In this document: positions 26,806 to 41,981 of the stretch, piece after piece | How the letters are laid out: every line of letters starts with the position of its first letter | Numbering within the stretch: position 1 is the first letter of the stretch | DNA from: the human T2T-CHM13v2.0 reference genome, Homo sapiens | DNA length: 64,000 nt | Assembly (NCBI RefSeq): GCF_009914755.1 | Contig: NC_060928.1 | Strand: one strand, 5' to 3' | Translations under genes and position numbers: made by a program | The notes under the pieces: model-generated | What the model saw: the letters and a program-made list of their open reading frames with translations, nothing else | Database searches by the model: none | Told to the model about the DNA's origin: nothing

Positions 26806-27450
26806 TCACTGACTCATTCATTCATTCACTCACTCATTCATTAGAGTTTGGAGCACCTGTCCTATACTGGTAGGTGAATTGATCACATAGATCATACAGT
26901 CCTAATGAAAGAAGCAGTTACTAAAGAGTGAATAAACTCATAATTAAATAATGTCAAACAATCTTAACTTATGTGAAAGTAAAATAGGATGATGTAATAT
27001 TGAAATAGCAGGATACATTACCCGGAGAAGAAGATATTTGAGCTGCAAAACAAATGTCCAGGTGGAGAAAGCCATGCAAACATGAGATAAATATTTTCCC
27101 AAACAGAAGGATCAGTAAATACACAGGCCCAAATAAAATTATGTCTCGTCATTCACAGAGATGGAAAGAAGGTGGAAGGATTGTAGTCAGCCCGGAGAAT
27201 AGCTGATGGGGATGGATTATGAAGAAGCAGGGATCTGGTCACGTGGCCCCTTGAATATTTTGCTATGGGGTTTGGATTTTTTTCTACATGGCATGTGAAG
27301 CTCTTAGGGAATACAATGAGGGGTGGGAGATATTTGCTAATTTATAATTTTCAAAGGCGACTATCATTTTACGATGGATAATGTGTAATGTGGAGAATAG
27401 AGAATGAATGTAAAGGAACCCAGAGTAGAAGCTGAGAGATTCAATTAATT
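26806..27450 (-). mobile_element. L2 LINE 3' fragment
   Basis: (TTCA)n tail, gagcacct, atttgagctg, gtttggatttt motifs. Confidence 0.75.
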
Positions 27451-27719
27451 TTATTCACATAGACAGAATAAGAAAATACTTAGACCTAGTAGTGAAGTAG
27501 TTAGTGAAGATGTTAGAAAAAAAAGAGGCCAAGTACCTACATTGGCAAGGTAATGTTGATCCCTGCATTATTTTAAGATAGATAACAAAAAAATATAGCA
27601 TAGTATTAGGAAGATAATTTTTTCCATTTAAGTCTAGATATATCATTTTTAAACCAAAATTATAAAGATTTATAATATCTATTAATAATTAGTTATTTGA
27701 GTCTAATTTTCTTAAAAAA

Positions 27720-27746
27720 ATATATATATATATATATATATATATA
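27720..27746. repeat. (TA)n microsatellite
   Basis: Directly visible. Confidence 0.95.
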
Positions 27747-28195
27747 CATTCTGATATTTGAGGCTTTCTGACCAGAGGAACTTTTACTTTTCTAATAGAA
27801 CAGCTCTTGCCCCTATCACCCATCCTCATTCAAGTATGGGTTCTATTCTAGTAGAAGTCAGAATCGATGGCTTCTAATGCTAATCCTTGATAGTCAGCCA
27901 TAGCGTGGCCCTCCAGACAAGTGATAGAATGACTATGAAAGTTGGAGGATACCTTAGAAATCACATTTTTAGATTATTTAACAGATTGAAGAAGCTAACA
28001 TGACCAGACCAAGATCACATGATAATTGCTCTCCAAAGAAATAGTTTTCGTCTATGTCATCTGTTTTCCAGATCAAAGTATGTACTAAAAACTGAGGTTC
28101 ACATTCACCAGGGTTCAGACACTGCTCTCATCAGCATAGCGACCTTACCACTGTGATTTTCTGCTTTCACTTAAATGAAAGTAAGTATAACTTAC

Positions 28196-28656
28196 TGTCT
28201 TGCCAGCTGTGTTTGTTTGGTCCTTCCCCTGCCCCTCCCAAGAAGAGTGAGGCAAAGATTTGATTTCACGTAGTTTATTTGGATCCCAGGAAAACAGCAG
28301 GAAAGTGAGTCAAGGCACAGAAGGAACTCTATAAAAGGTGATGTGCTTTGCCCTGGTGAGCGAGCTTTCACTGTGGGCCACGGAGATTCCATCTCCCTGG
28401 TGAAGTCTGGGAAACACTGAAGAGCACGCCTCTGAGTTGCCTTGCCTTCCCTTGGGGCGAGGAAGCTGAGGCATTGATCTCTAATTATTAGCCATCAGCT
28501 GTCATTGGCTGAGGGCTGCTCCTTGGAAAGGGCCTGCCTCCTGGGAAGAGGAAGCAAAGGGCGAAAGTCGCATATTATGCTATAATACAGCAAAGCATGG
28601 CTGGAATGGTGAGAGCCTAGGGGATATGGGTGGGGCATCAACAATTAGCTATTGCA
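28196..28656 (-). mobile_element. ERVL solo LTR (LTR16C-like)
   Basis: gtagtttatttgg, gatcccagga, gtcattggctgagggctgctcc, ggatatgggtggggca motifs. Confidence 0.75.
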
Positions 28657-30197
28657 GCTAAAAATATTTAAAATATTTAAAAATATTAGTTATTAAATAT
28701 ATTTAAAATACTTTTTAAAACTTTATCATTTTTCATTGTTTTCATCAGGAATCTCAATCAGGGATTTTAATTTCCTCTAGTGCCAGAAATAGAAATGTAA
28801 ACAATTATATTCTGTAGTTTCATACACAAACTTAAATAAAAAGTAAAGTTTTGTATACTTAAATACCAAAGTAAATGATAATACATGGCATGTTTGATTC
28901 GTTTGGAGTTAACAACACACAAACTCTATAACTAGAGAAGTAGTGCGTGTTCTTAAAATAAAGTCAGAGCTGACATTCATTTGTTACATTTGTTTTACAT
29001 AAAAACCTCCCTCTTGACTCAGGTCCAGAGTTATCACTAGGAAAACCCAGGCACTTTTTCAGCACCTGGCTCTTTTTCCGTTGTCATCTGTATGATCTTC
29101 ATATTTATTTCCTCCCCTTTATATTCCTATGAAGGATCTAGCACCATCACTGTCTATCTCATGCTCCCCTTTCTTAAAAACTCTACTTTCTAAAGGGTAT
29201 TAAAACCTATTTATATTATGTTTTGTGTACATAACAACCCCGGGCAAATGATTAGTAATTAGAAAGTGGTGGTTAATCGACAAATATCTAAAATGGTATG
29301 TTTCTTAGAGTTATCTACAGTAACTAATACAAAATTTCTGAAACCAAACAAGTTGAAACAAGAACTGGCGTGTCCTCATTTTCCTGTTCCACTTTTCCTC
29401 TACTGCTTTATGATTTTTGGGCTTCACTGGATTTGATTCTAGAGGCTTTCATAACGTTTTCATGGTCACTATGTCACATATTGTTGGTAGAATTTTCTGT
29501 AAATTCCCTCTTATGTAAACATTTTATCTAATTTAAAAAATTTTTTTTCTAATTGCCTTTCCCCCAGAAGCAAATTTGTATTTTTAATTAAACAGAGAAT
29601 TCTTAGAGAAATAAAGAGAAATTAAAAAGCTAGTAGAAGGAAGACATTTCTTTAATAAATCTCATAGTTTCTGCTTTGAAACTAAGTGCCATATTGAATT
29701 AAATGGGTATTTTTGCACACACATACATAAAGATATACACACACCTATTTTAAACTTAAGAAAGGATTATATATTATAAATGACAGATACCTATATGACA
29801 TAGTGTTTGGCTATACAGAGTTCACACTTGGGCTTTAGTTACATTCATTTTCTGAATAGTCATGTTCTATATCCAAAAAACTCGAAGCAAATATTACAAA
29901 CCATCAAGGCCATAAGCATTTTATTCTTTGCCTACATGCCTTCATGACTTCTGACTATGCTAATAAAAGACATGAAGTTTCAATAAGTATTTAAGTACTT
30001 ATGAGCACAAAAGTTGAAAAAACAGAGAATTAAAACACAGTTCTTTAAATCCCCTCAGCAATGTATGAAAAAATTGACTTTCATTTACATTTGATATGTA
30101 ATATCAAATATTCCATAAATGCAGATATATAGATACAGATAGATGATAGATGATATAATATTAATAGATGCAGAGATAGTTGAAACACGATCTGAAA

Positions 30198-30405
30198 CAG
30201 GATCCACAATCTACGATCTGTAGACCAAGTTCAGTCACCACATTTTTCTGTAAATCTAGCTTTATAGAAACACAATCATGCCCATGTGTTGTGTTTCGTT
30301 AATGGCTGCTTTCACAGAGTGACAGAGATGACAAGGTTTGCAAAGCCTAAAATAGTTACTATATGACTCTTCAGAAAACTTTCAGAAAACCTTTTTGAAC
30401 ACTTG
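30198..30405. mobile_element. MER58A-like hAT DNA transposon
   Basis: gtaaat...gaaacaca..catgcccat...atggctgcttt...gcaaagcctaaaata. Confidence 0.75.
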
Positions 30406-30419
30406 TTCTGGAGCAAATC

Positions 30420-31248
<829 letters not shown>

Positions 31249-32505
31249 AAGGATGTTTAATGACAAATGAATTTATATTCTGGCAGAGTTCTTCATCTTA
31301 TCACAGAATGTTAACTAAAAGTGTGTAGAAAGCTAGCCAGTCCGAGGAACACATTGAGAAGTTCTGACCTTGATCCTAGAACACTACAAAGAATTCAAAA
31401 TTTTTTGATGATCTTAATGAGATAATTTAACATACTCATTTTATGTTGGATTTTGTATGTATATGTAGAAAACATTTTAGGAAAGATGTATTAGTAAATT
31501 TCTAGTAAATGTATACTCAAAATTGCATTTCTGAAATATATCTTTCCCAAATGAAATATTATTGAAAACTTGTCTTTGTTTAAACAAATTCTTAATACTT
31601 AAAAGGCTGGATATGGATTTGTGAAAGCAACCCTCATTCTTCTTATAAAAGTATTCTTATCTTTCCATTTAATTTGAGCTTATGCTTACTAGATGTTATT
31701 AAACTCGACTGAAATAGACAATTTTTATACAAAGATGTCTTAGGTGTAGTCATAATGACCAAAACTATAGATCATAATCTTTCATGTAATTTCAAATGAT
31801 TTCACTCATGTGTTTGGTGTCTCAACACCAAAACGATAAGCTATGAAAGAAAGTGGGCTGTCAATATTTGACAAATAATATTCCATAAAGTGAAAGATTT
31901 TTACTTATAATAACCTGAAAAAATGAAAAAAATCCATTTGGTTCTTAAAGTGATCAATTGTATATTTTCTATATTTCTATGCCACATGGGATGTTAGGAA
32001 TTTTTAATTATACTGTGGATTGCTTTGAGATTTTTTTTAATAAGTTGATTCATGAATAAATTTAAAAGAATAAAAAGTTTCAAAAACCTATAATTAAAAT
32101 TATTCTTTTGGTAAACATGGAATAAGTTATTAAAATAAAATAATATTACATAAAGAATAATTTGAAATTTACATAATATGTGATATACATATATAACTTT
32201 CCAAATGGTCTGATGTGTCTGATTTCATTATATAATTTCAGATGAAGATTATAGATTCATTATGAGAGTAAAAACTATAAAAGATTTTTGTTCAGAAAAA
32301 GACTAAGAAAACTGCCTCAGGAATAATTTGTACAATCATGTATTTCAGGGGCTCTCCATTAAGTAACAATTTAGCAATGCTTTCTCAAAATGGTGATTGA
32401 CCAAAGCCATCATAGGATACAGAGGGAAAAATGTGTCCTACGAAAAGTGCTTTTTGAAAACATGTTTTAGAGGTCTATACCCTTGAATAAGATTTTTAGT
32501 GTGAA

Positions 32506-32848
<343 letters not shown>

Positions 32849-33610
32849 TTATTTATCGTATATTTGCATACCTGTGAATGTAGACCTAGTGATGGTGTTT
32901 TGTACTCTGGAAGAAGCATGTGGCTGCCACATCTTTATATTTGCTTTAGTATTTGCCCTCTGGCTATATTAATGGACATCGCTATCCAAGATGCTCCCAC
33001 ACACATGCCATTATTGACTAAGTGGGTTTAAATATACTTGTAAATGCCATAAAGGGTTGACTTTGTCTTCTGCAAAAATAAATGAGTAAAAGGGTTCCTC
33101 AAATTTATTTTTTTACTAATCATCTCCCATGGGCTTAATAGAAAAACAATAAGCTCTGAAAGAAAGTGGGCAAGTAAACTGCAAAATAAAAAAAAAAAAA
33201 CAACTTGGAAAAGCATAATATGTTCAAAAAATTCAAATTGTGTAATATATGGGAACATGTCACTTTCTGCAGCAGAAAGTTTGAAAGTTGTGATATCCAT
33301 GCAAATCCTAGCATAAATGCTAAGATGAGATGTAAGATAATCAGAAATTTAACTAGAACGTTTTTTAAGAGCCTCTCAAGCATTTGTGGTCTGTTAATGA
33401 GATTCCAGTGTTTATTTATAGCAGTTTTGTGTCCCCAGAGCTCAAAAAGAATGTTTGGTAAGAGAGAATGAGAAGGTGAAACATATATCCACACACCAAC
33501 CTGGCCAAGTCTAAGCAGCACTCCTGTCAGTATTAAATGTAATAGGGGTAACACAAAAATTCATGTGTAGGTATGATTACATTTAGAGGGCACTACTGTT
33601 GCCAATATGA

Positions 33611-34107
33611 TGTGATACCTGGCATGAAGGCTCACCAAAGAGGTCAATGTCCTGTGAAAATGTTATTTTACATGACAAAAAAGGGATTAAGGTTGCAGAA
33701 GGGATTAAGCTTGCTAATCACCTGACTTTCTGAGATGAAAATTATTCTCATAATGATTTGATGCTGGGCCCAACGTGATCATTTTTTAAAAAGTGGAAGA
33801 CAGAGAAGAAAGTGTTTGAGTCAGAGCAGCATGATGTGAGAAAATATGGCTCGCTGTTGCTGGCTTTGAAGATGGAAGGGAGTCACAAGCCAAGGAATCA
33901 TGGAAGCCTCTAGAATCAGGAAAAGGAAGGGTTCGAACTTTCCCTGAGAGCCCCCAGGAAGGGATGCAGCCCGGTTGACACCTTGATTTTAGCCCCGTGA
34001 AACCCATTCAGCGCTTCTGATCTCCCTAAGTGTGATATAATAAAGTAGTGTGTGCTAAGCCCCTAAGTTTGTGGTCATGTTACATCAGTGACAGAAATCT
34101 AATAAAT
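33611..34107 (+). mobile_element. MLT1D-like MaLR LTR
   Basis: gctggctttgaagatgga, agccaaggaat, gacaccttgattttagccc, ctaagtttgtgg. Confidence 0.85.
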
Positions 34108-36649
34108 AGGTTTTGACTTCTCCAGATAGACTAAGCGCAGGCTGCATCCTTCCTGCTCAGGCTGTGAATGACCCAACAAAAACTTAACAGGAGATCTTCT
34201 CCCCTTACGTATTCCCCCTACTTCTTTAAAAATTGTTTTGCCCTCATTTCTGCCATGACTTACCCTCTACTGACTTCCCCACAAACATATGAAAAGTCTG
34301 TTCGAATGGCTTTCTTTGTACTGTGGCTACTGGACAGTTATCATCTTTGAATGTTTACAGTGTTGACTAAGAAAAAATCTAAAGAGCAAATGAAGAAGGA
34401 ATAACAGGTATGAAAGTAAACTGCTACGATGAGTCTGTCAGGATTTTACTTCTAATTACAACAATAAAAATTGAAAGACTATGTTCATTCTGAAGAAAAA
34501 ATAAGTTTTTTCACCACTACTACCAGAACCCAGCTGATTCTGGAAGCTATAGAAGTGTGGAAAAAGAAATACAGAGGAAATATTTTTCTTTCCACTTGAG
34601 AGAATGTACAGAAATACAGCACACACACACACTGAATTGAACAGAAATATTCTGGTGCCTACAAGCTTCCTGCAGGTTAATTCCCGCTGTGGTGGGAACT
34701 GGCCTGATTTGCACTGACATGCAATGCTCGTCATAGACAAATGCCTCCTATAGAGAAGTGCCTTCAGGTTGCTCCGGTTTGGGACAGAACATTCCATTGC
34801 ACTTACATGGTTACATCTTATTTATTGTTAGACACATTTTTAGACAGAAAACATTCTCCATTTCTATCATTATAACTTTTGTTGAGATTCCAAAATAAAT
34901 TATCCATGCTATCATACTCAGTCACAGTGAAACAATAAATATGGTAGCATATTAAAAAAAAATGGAATACATGATGAATGACAATAAAGGACGAGAGCAC
35001 TATTCTCATTAAATTCAGAGAGCCAGCTCTGGGACGTGTCAGATGTGATATTTGATGACAATAACTGCAATTAATCTTGCATAAGAATTTGCCTAATCCT
35101 GTAATGTAGAAGCTTTATTTTTTTTTAATCATCTAATAGCTTATCCTGAAGTGAAAAGAAAGCATTTGTCAACTAGGTCAAGGGGAGTAAGAAAATTGGA
35201 AATTTTAAAAAACATAGACAAAGAACGTACACAGAATAAAGCCAGTAACTTTCAGCACATCATGACCCATTTGAAGACAACTATTAAATAAGTTTAATTT
35301 CATTTAACTTTTAACTGATGTCAGCCTAATAATATATTGATGTTAAAGTAACAGGTAACTTGCTGTTCTTACATACACACATGGATACACATAGAAGCAC
35401 ATATATGCAATTTTTCAATATTCTATAAGAACTGTTATTTATGTAGTTATCAGCTGATGTTAAATTATAAATGGAGAATGGTGTTAACATATGTCATAAT
35501 TTAAGACTATTTCTAAGAGCAGCATTATTGGCTAACCCATTTTAAAAATAATGTATCAGAGGCTTTCACATATGATTTAAGACTCACAAATGTATTTTAG
35601 ATTTGCAACTTTATCAGCAAAGCAGCACCTTTTAAATAAATAATTAAAAATTCCTCATTTGAAACATTCATTATTAATGAGACACTTTGATTAATATTAA
35701 GAGTAGGCATTTAATTTGTGAAGTACACCATATATACACAACAGTGCACTAGTCATAAGTATACAACTTGATGAGTTTTCACAGTTTACATACAGACATA
35801 ACACTACATAGATATAATGGACTAGGCAATGTTTTATATCATGCTTTTAAAGCAACAATAAAGTTTTGATTTTCCAAAGAGGAAAGAAGATAAAATGTAT
35901 AATATGTTAAATAAAATATCATTGCAACCTTATATAAATTAGAGAAAAAAGAAGAAGAAACGATGTTCTTTTGAAAACAGTGATCTGAAATTAAAGCAGA
36001 GAGCCAGCCAAAGAAACCAGTACAGATATGATCTGAGCAAGGTCTCACCCACAAATCTTATTTATTTTGTTGACAGTTGTTAGACTAGACACCAGAGAAC
36101 CGTGGATGAGGAATGTAGTGGATCTACTATGTTGAATATGAAGGAGTCAACATGTATTTATGAAATGTGATATTTGTACTAAATTAGTCGAGAAAGAGGA
36201 CTCAAGAACGGGTTCTACATGAATGGAATTATTTGTGTTAGAGATCAGATTTTAAGGTTGGCTTGCCTGATGTTGTTTAGAAGGCAGAATTCTAATATTG
36301 TGAGAATTATTTTTGTTCTTTCTAGAGTATCTGAAAATTAAATATCAAGGAAAAAGAGAGCTTACGTTTAGAAATTGGAAGGAAATCTGTGAATCACAAT
36401 AATACTTTTTGATTTTAAACAGCTTCACATGAATTAACATCAAGTGAATTTGAAAAGCAGCCAAATAAAACCCAGGAATATTATCTTGTTTTTTATTTTT
36501 CTTTTCTTCTAAAAATAATGATTGGATACAAGTATAAATTCAGACTTCTCAAAACTTAGCTCTCAAATCATGATCCCCAAACAGTAACACACTCAAGCCA
36601 AGAATTTTGAATTGTTTTTATTTCTCTCGAAAAGATGGATTCTCTCAGA

Positions 36650-36815
36650 ATATTCTTAGTCCATTCTCTTACAGTACAGTGACTAATGTATTACCACAGG
36701 AGCTTGTTTACCATCCAGTTTCCTTGACTCTACATTCAGAGACTCTGACTTGATAAACCTGTGTTGGAACGTGGAATTCTGAATTTGTAACATATACCCC
36801 CCAGGTAATTCTATG
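36650..36815. mobile_element. MER5-like hAT MITE
   Basis: ggagcttgtt...cagagactctgact...ccccaggtaattct. Confidence 0.5.
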
Positions 36816-37247
36816 GAGAGTAATTCAATTAATAGTAACTAGTATCAATAATTCAGAAATACAAGTACTTCAATTTTTGGCATTGATGATAGATATTGTT
36901 TCACAGCATTTAATGATTTGGCCAAAAGTTTTAATTGCATTGCTACTCTACAATATATGTAAATATGTAGCCCAAGTGTATGCTATTTGAAGCTGCATTA
37001 ATTCTTCCAACATACTATAGTGCTTTTAAATTAATTTTTAATTTAGCTAATGCTCTGTATCTCTGCTCTAAAGAGTCAAACATCGAGAAAATCTGAAGTT
37101 ACTGAATTATCAACAAATACTATAAACAAATTGAGTTTCCTCATAGACAGATGAGGCATTAATAAATGTTAACATTAATTTACTCATGGCCTATTTTGTG
37201 CAAGTTATGGTTCTAGGGAGAATAATGATTAAAAATGTATGTTCTAC

Positions 37248-37847
37248 TGTTGGGATGCACTCAGGATGGTGGCAGAAATATTAAGGGAAATATTAGGAAA
37301 ATTATAGAAAATAGTCACAAATCTTTTGGAAGGCTGAAAGGTTACATAGCTTGTAATAATTGAACAGGCTGAAGGCAGCCGGTTCTTACCTCAGAGCATT
37401 AGGTCATAAGGTAAATATTAGGGACAATAGAGGCTTCCCCAGTTAAGTCTGTTTCCCCTACTTCCATTAACTAACCTTTGAGCCAGATGGCCCTCTTGGA
37501 GGGAGGTCAACTAGGGATATTGCCCCCAATGGTATTTACTTTAGACCTTGGTACCTGAACTTTAATCATTCGTAGAACTACTCTCTTAACCATGTTAATT
37601 ATCCATAAGTGTGTTTACTCAAAACTTCTGTTGTTGATTGTACACTAAATAAATGCCTGGAGTGTGAGCTGCTCAGGGCCGGCCATAGTGACAAACCTCT
37701 CTTGGTGTGCAGGCAGTTGGACACTCAGCTGGACTGGCAAAACAGAATATCTGTGTGTCAGTCTATGCTTTATTCATACGTCGTTTGGGTCAGGGTCTGA
37801 GGGCAGACCCCCGCAGCTAATGCCCACGTGTGAGGAGCCTTACCTCA
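37248..37847 (+). mobile_element. LTR22 (HERV-K22/HML-5) solo LTR
   Basis: TG...CA termini with 6-bp TSD TTCTAC (37242-37247, 37848-37853), typical of class II ERVs. caggatggtggcagaaatatt and gggtcagggtctg...acccccgca motifs. Confidence 0.88.
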
Positions 37848-38269
37848 TTCTACAATCCTCTACAATCCTATGAAGAGGGTAGTGTAATGTTAAGTGTAGA
37901 GTACATGTGTGCGTCTATGCCTGTGACTGTATTACTCTAGTAAGGCCACAAAGTGCATCTCTTGAAGAGACGATATTGAATTATAACAAAGTGACCTGAA
38001 GTTTGCATTCAGTGAAATAATCAGAAGTATAATGTTATATAACATTATACTTATAAGCTCTTTGCCAGGAAACAGGAAGATGAAAGAAATAATCTGTATT
38101 GGGTATCAACTCTGGATCAAGAAGTCTTTTATCTGCTTCTCACATATTATCTTGTTACACATTACCACCCAACATCACAATTTGTACTGGATAAATATTC
38201 TGAAAGAATGTGACTTAAGTGAGTCCCAAAGCCCCCAAATCAGAAGACCACTTTTCAAGGCAACTAGGA

Positions 38270-39175
<906 letters not shown>

Positions 39176-39189
39176 ACTTTGCCTACCTT

Positions 39190-39500
39190 TCAGATTCTTT
39201 TGCTCGTTTCTTTTCTTCCTCCTGATTTCTTAATATTGAAGTCTCCAGGCTCAGACTTTGCTCTTCTCTTCTCCTGGTGCACTCACACTCTTGGTAACTT
39301 CATCCTGTTTCATAGAATAAACCATCATCTGATTGTTCTCAAATTCTTATTTCTATTGAGATCTCTCTTCCACATTCTAATCACATATGAACGATTTCTA
39401 GATTTCCTCCTAGAAGCCTCCACTTGGATTCTTAATAAGAGGTCCAAAAGTGACTTTCTCATCTTTCTCTTAAAACTTGTTTTATTGGCTGCCTTTTATG
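39190..39500 (+). mobile_element. L2 fragment, opposite orientation to its neighbour
   Basis: cactcacactcttggtaacttcatcc, ctccacttggat. Confidence 0.6.
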
Positions 39501-40179
39501 TTTTTGGCCCCGTTTCCTGTTGCCAGGCCATGAGGGGTAATCTAACAGTCTGGATTTTTTGTGGTGGTTGACAGAAACAGGAAAACATTATACCTAGAGA
39601 ATTGAAGGAGAGTGGCCATCCATGAGTGTTGGGATGTGGGGATGCTGGCATTCTGTGACTCCCTTTTCCTCCTGATTATGCAGTAAAAGGCCAGGTAGGG
39701 GTTTCATGGCTTTGCATGCTCCTTTTTAAACTTCTTCACCTCCACCTGGAGAAGCAGGAAACTTTTCAGCTGTTTATTCCTCAGGATGCCAAGTCCAGGA
39801 ATGCAGCATCTCTTTTGTTCTTAAGAGAGCAGCCAGAAAACTTGACACTTATTTCATTCTTTAGTTGGTTGCTTTATTAATCATACATGTGGCTGGTGTG
39901 GTGGTACATGGTTCTGCATTGTTTCTACACTACTTCTAGGTAGGGTCTAAGTCAGAGGGAGAATGACATGCTTTTCTGCCCACCATACTCTCTGACAAGT
40001 GTATGTTGCATGATAGAATGGTCTCACCGTAACCAGGAAAGCAAGATTATTATTCCTGTCCCCTAACAGTAGTGTAATGGTGGAAAATCTGTTACAAAAT
40101 TTCTACAGCATGTACTTTAACTACTCTGTTGAAATGTATTTGGAAGTGGTACAATCCTTTTTGTTTTGTAATGGAACTG

Positions 40180-40297
40180 TAATGGTCCTAATCAGTTGAT
40201 TCAGGCTTGACCTCCATAAAGACAAACAGTTTCTTCTAATGGTCCTAATCAGTTGATTCAGGCTTGACCTCCATAAAGACAAACAGTTTCTTCTAAT
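40180..40297. repeat. Perfect 57-bp tandem duplication
   Basis: 40180-40236 is identical to 40237-40293, followed by TAAT. Confidence 0.97.
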
Positions 40298-40306
40298 CTT
40301 AGTCAG

Positions 40307-41505
40307 ACATAGGCAGATGAATGGAACTGGAACTCTGCTCTCACCATATACAGAAACCAACTCAAGATAGATTAAAGACTTAAATTTAAGACTAAAACTA
40401 TAAAAACACTAGAAGAAAATCTAGAAAAAACTCTTCTAACCATTGGTGTAGACAAAGAATTTATGACTAAGACCTCAAAAGAACAGGCACAAAAAAACAC
40501 CAAAAATAGACAAATGGGATTTAATTAAACTAAAAAGCTCACCACAGCAAAATATATAATCAACTGTGAACAGACAACCTGTGGAATGGAAGAAAATATT
40601 TACAAACTATATATCTGACAGGGAACTAATTCCCAGAATTTACAAGAAACTCAAACAACTCAACAAAAACCTCCAAATAATCTCATTAAAAGGCAGGCTA
40701 AGGACATTAATAGACATTTTTCAAATGACCAACAAGTATATTAAAAAATGTTCAATATCACACATCATCAGAAAAATTCAAATGAAAATCACAAAAGACA
40801 TCACCTTATACCAGTAAGAATGGCTATTAATAAGAGACAAAAAATAACAGATACTGGAGAGGATGCAGAGAAAAGAAAACTGTTATATACGGTTTGTGGG
40901 AATGTAAATTAGTACAAACTCTATAAAAAAATGGGATTTCTCAAAGAAATAGAAATAGAACCATCATATGATCCACCAATGCCACTACTGAGTATATCTC
41001 CAAAGGAAAATAAATTATTGTAGCAAAAAGATACCTGTGCTTGTATGTTTAACACAGCACTATGCACAACAGCAAATATATTGAATCAATAACATAAGTG
41101 CCCATCAACGTGAAACTGGATAAACAATATGTGATGCATATATATACAATGAAATAGTATTATTCAGCCATAAAAAGGAGTAAAACTGTGTCTTTTGCAG
41201 CAACATGGGTAGAACTGAGGCCATTACCTTAGGTGAAACAACTCAGACACACACAAAAAACACTGCATGTACTCACATGTATACATGGGAGCTAAATAAT
41301 GTGTACACATAGAAGCAGTGTGTGGAATGATGGACAATGGAGACTCAGAGTGCGGGAGCTTGGCAGGGTGATGGATGATGGAAGGCTGCTTGGTGGGTAC
41401 AATGTGCATTGCTCAGTGATGAATGCACTGAAGGCCCTGAGTTTACCGCAATGTAATTTGTAATTGTAGCACAATTGCATTTGTATCCCAAATATAAACG
41501 AAGAC
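40307..41505 (+). mobile_element. L1PB (L1PB3/4-like) 3' fragment
   Basis: ORF2 3' end (aactcaagatagattaaagactt, aaactaaaaagct) plus PB-type 3' UTR (gacaatggagactcag, gggtacaatgtgcatt). Confidence 0.9.
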
Positions 41506-41506
<1 letters not shown>

Positions 41507-41548
<42 letters not shown>

Positions 41549-41553
41549 ACACA
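41507..41553. repeat. (CA)n microsatellite at the L1 tail
   Basis: Directly visible. Confidence 0.95.
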
Positions 41554-41594
41554 AATCTAGGCAGAGAGACTGGGGAAATAGAAGATCCACATGA

Positions 41595-41720
41595 CCCCAG
41601 GAAGACTTGGATTTGACTTTCTATACTCCTTGTCACTCATTGCATGACCTTGAGCAAGGCATTTTGCCTCTGATTCTCAGCTATGTGTCTACACCTGGTA
41701 AAATGATGCCTGCCCTTTAC
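41595..41720 (+). mobile_element. MIR fragment
   Basis: gaagacttggatttg...tgaccttgagcaag. Confidence 0.55.
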
Positions 41721-41981
41721 AATTTTTTCCACAAGAGAATTTCAAATAGGAGTGTACAGGACATTGCTTTTTGATAAGAATTGTGAATATAAGCATTGTC
41801 CTTCTCCCTCCTCACTCCAAACCTGATTTGTTACCTAACTTTAGGTGTTTCAGGCACCACGAATGAGGTTGGACTGACCATCAAGAGCAAATGGAGATGC
41901 TTAGCCAATGAAAACCAAATTTGAAGACGCAGCCATGGTGAGGACAGCTTTACTGTCCACTTGGTTGACTTTCCTGTCAAC

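Noticed and set aside
33028-33554. Overlapping 88-139 aa ORFs in unique DNA
   Set aside because: Non-ATG or weak starts, low-complexity F/L/K composition, no recognisable domain or exon structure.
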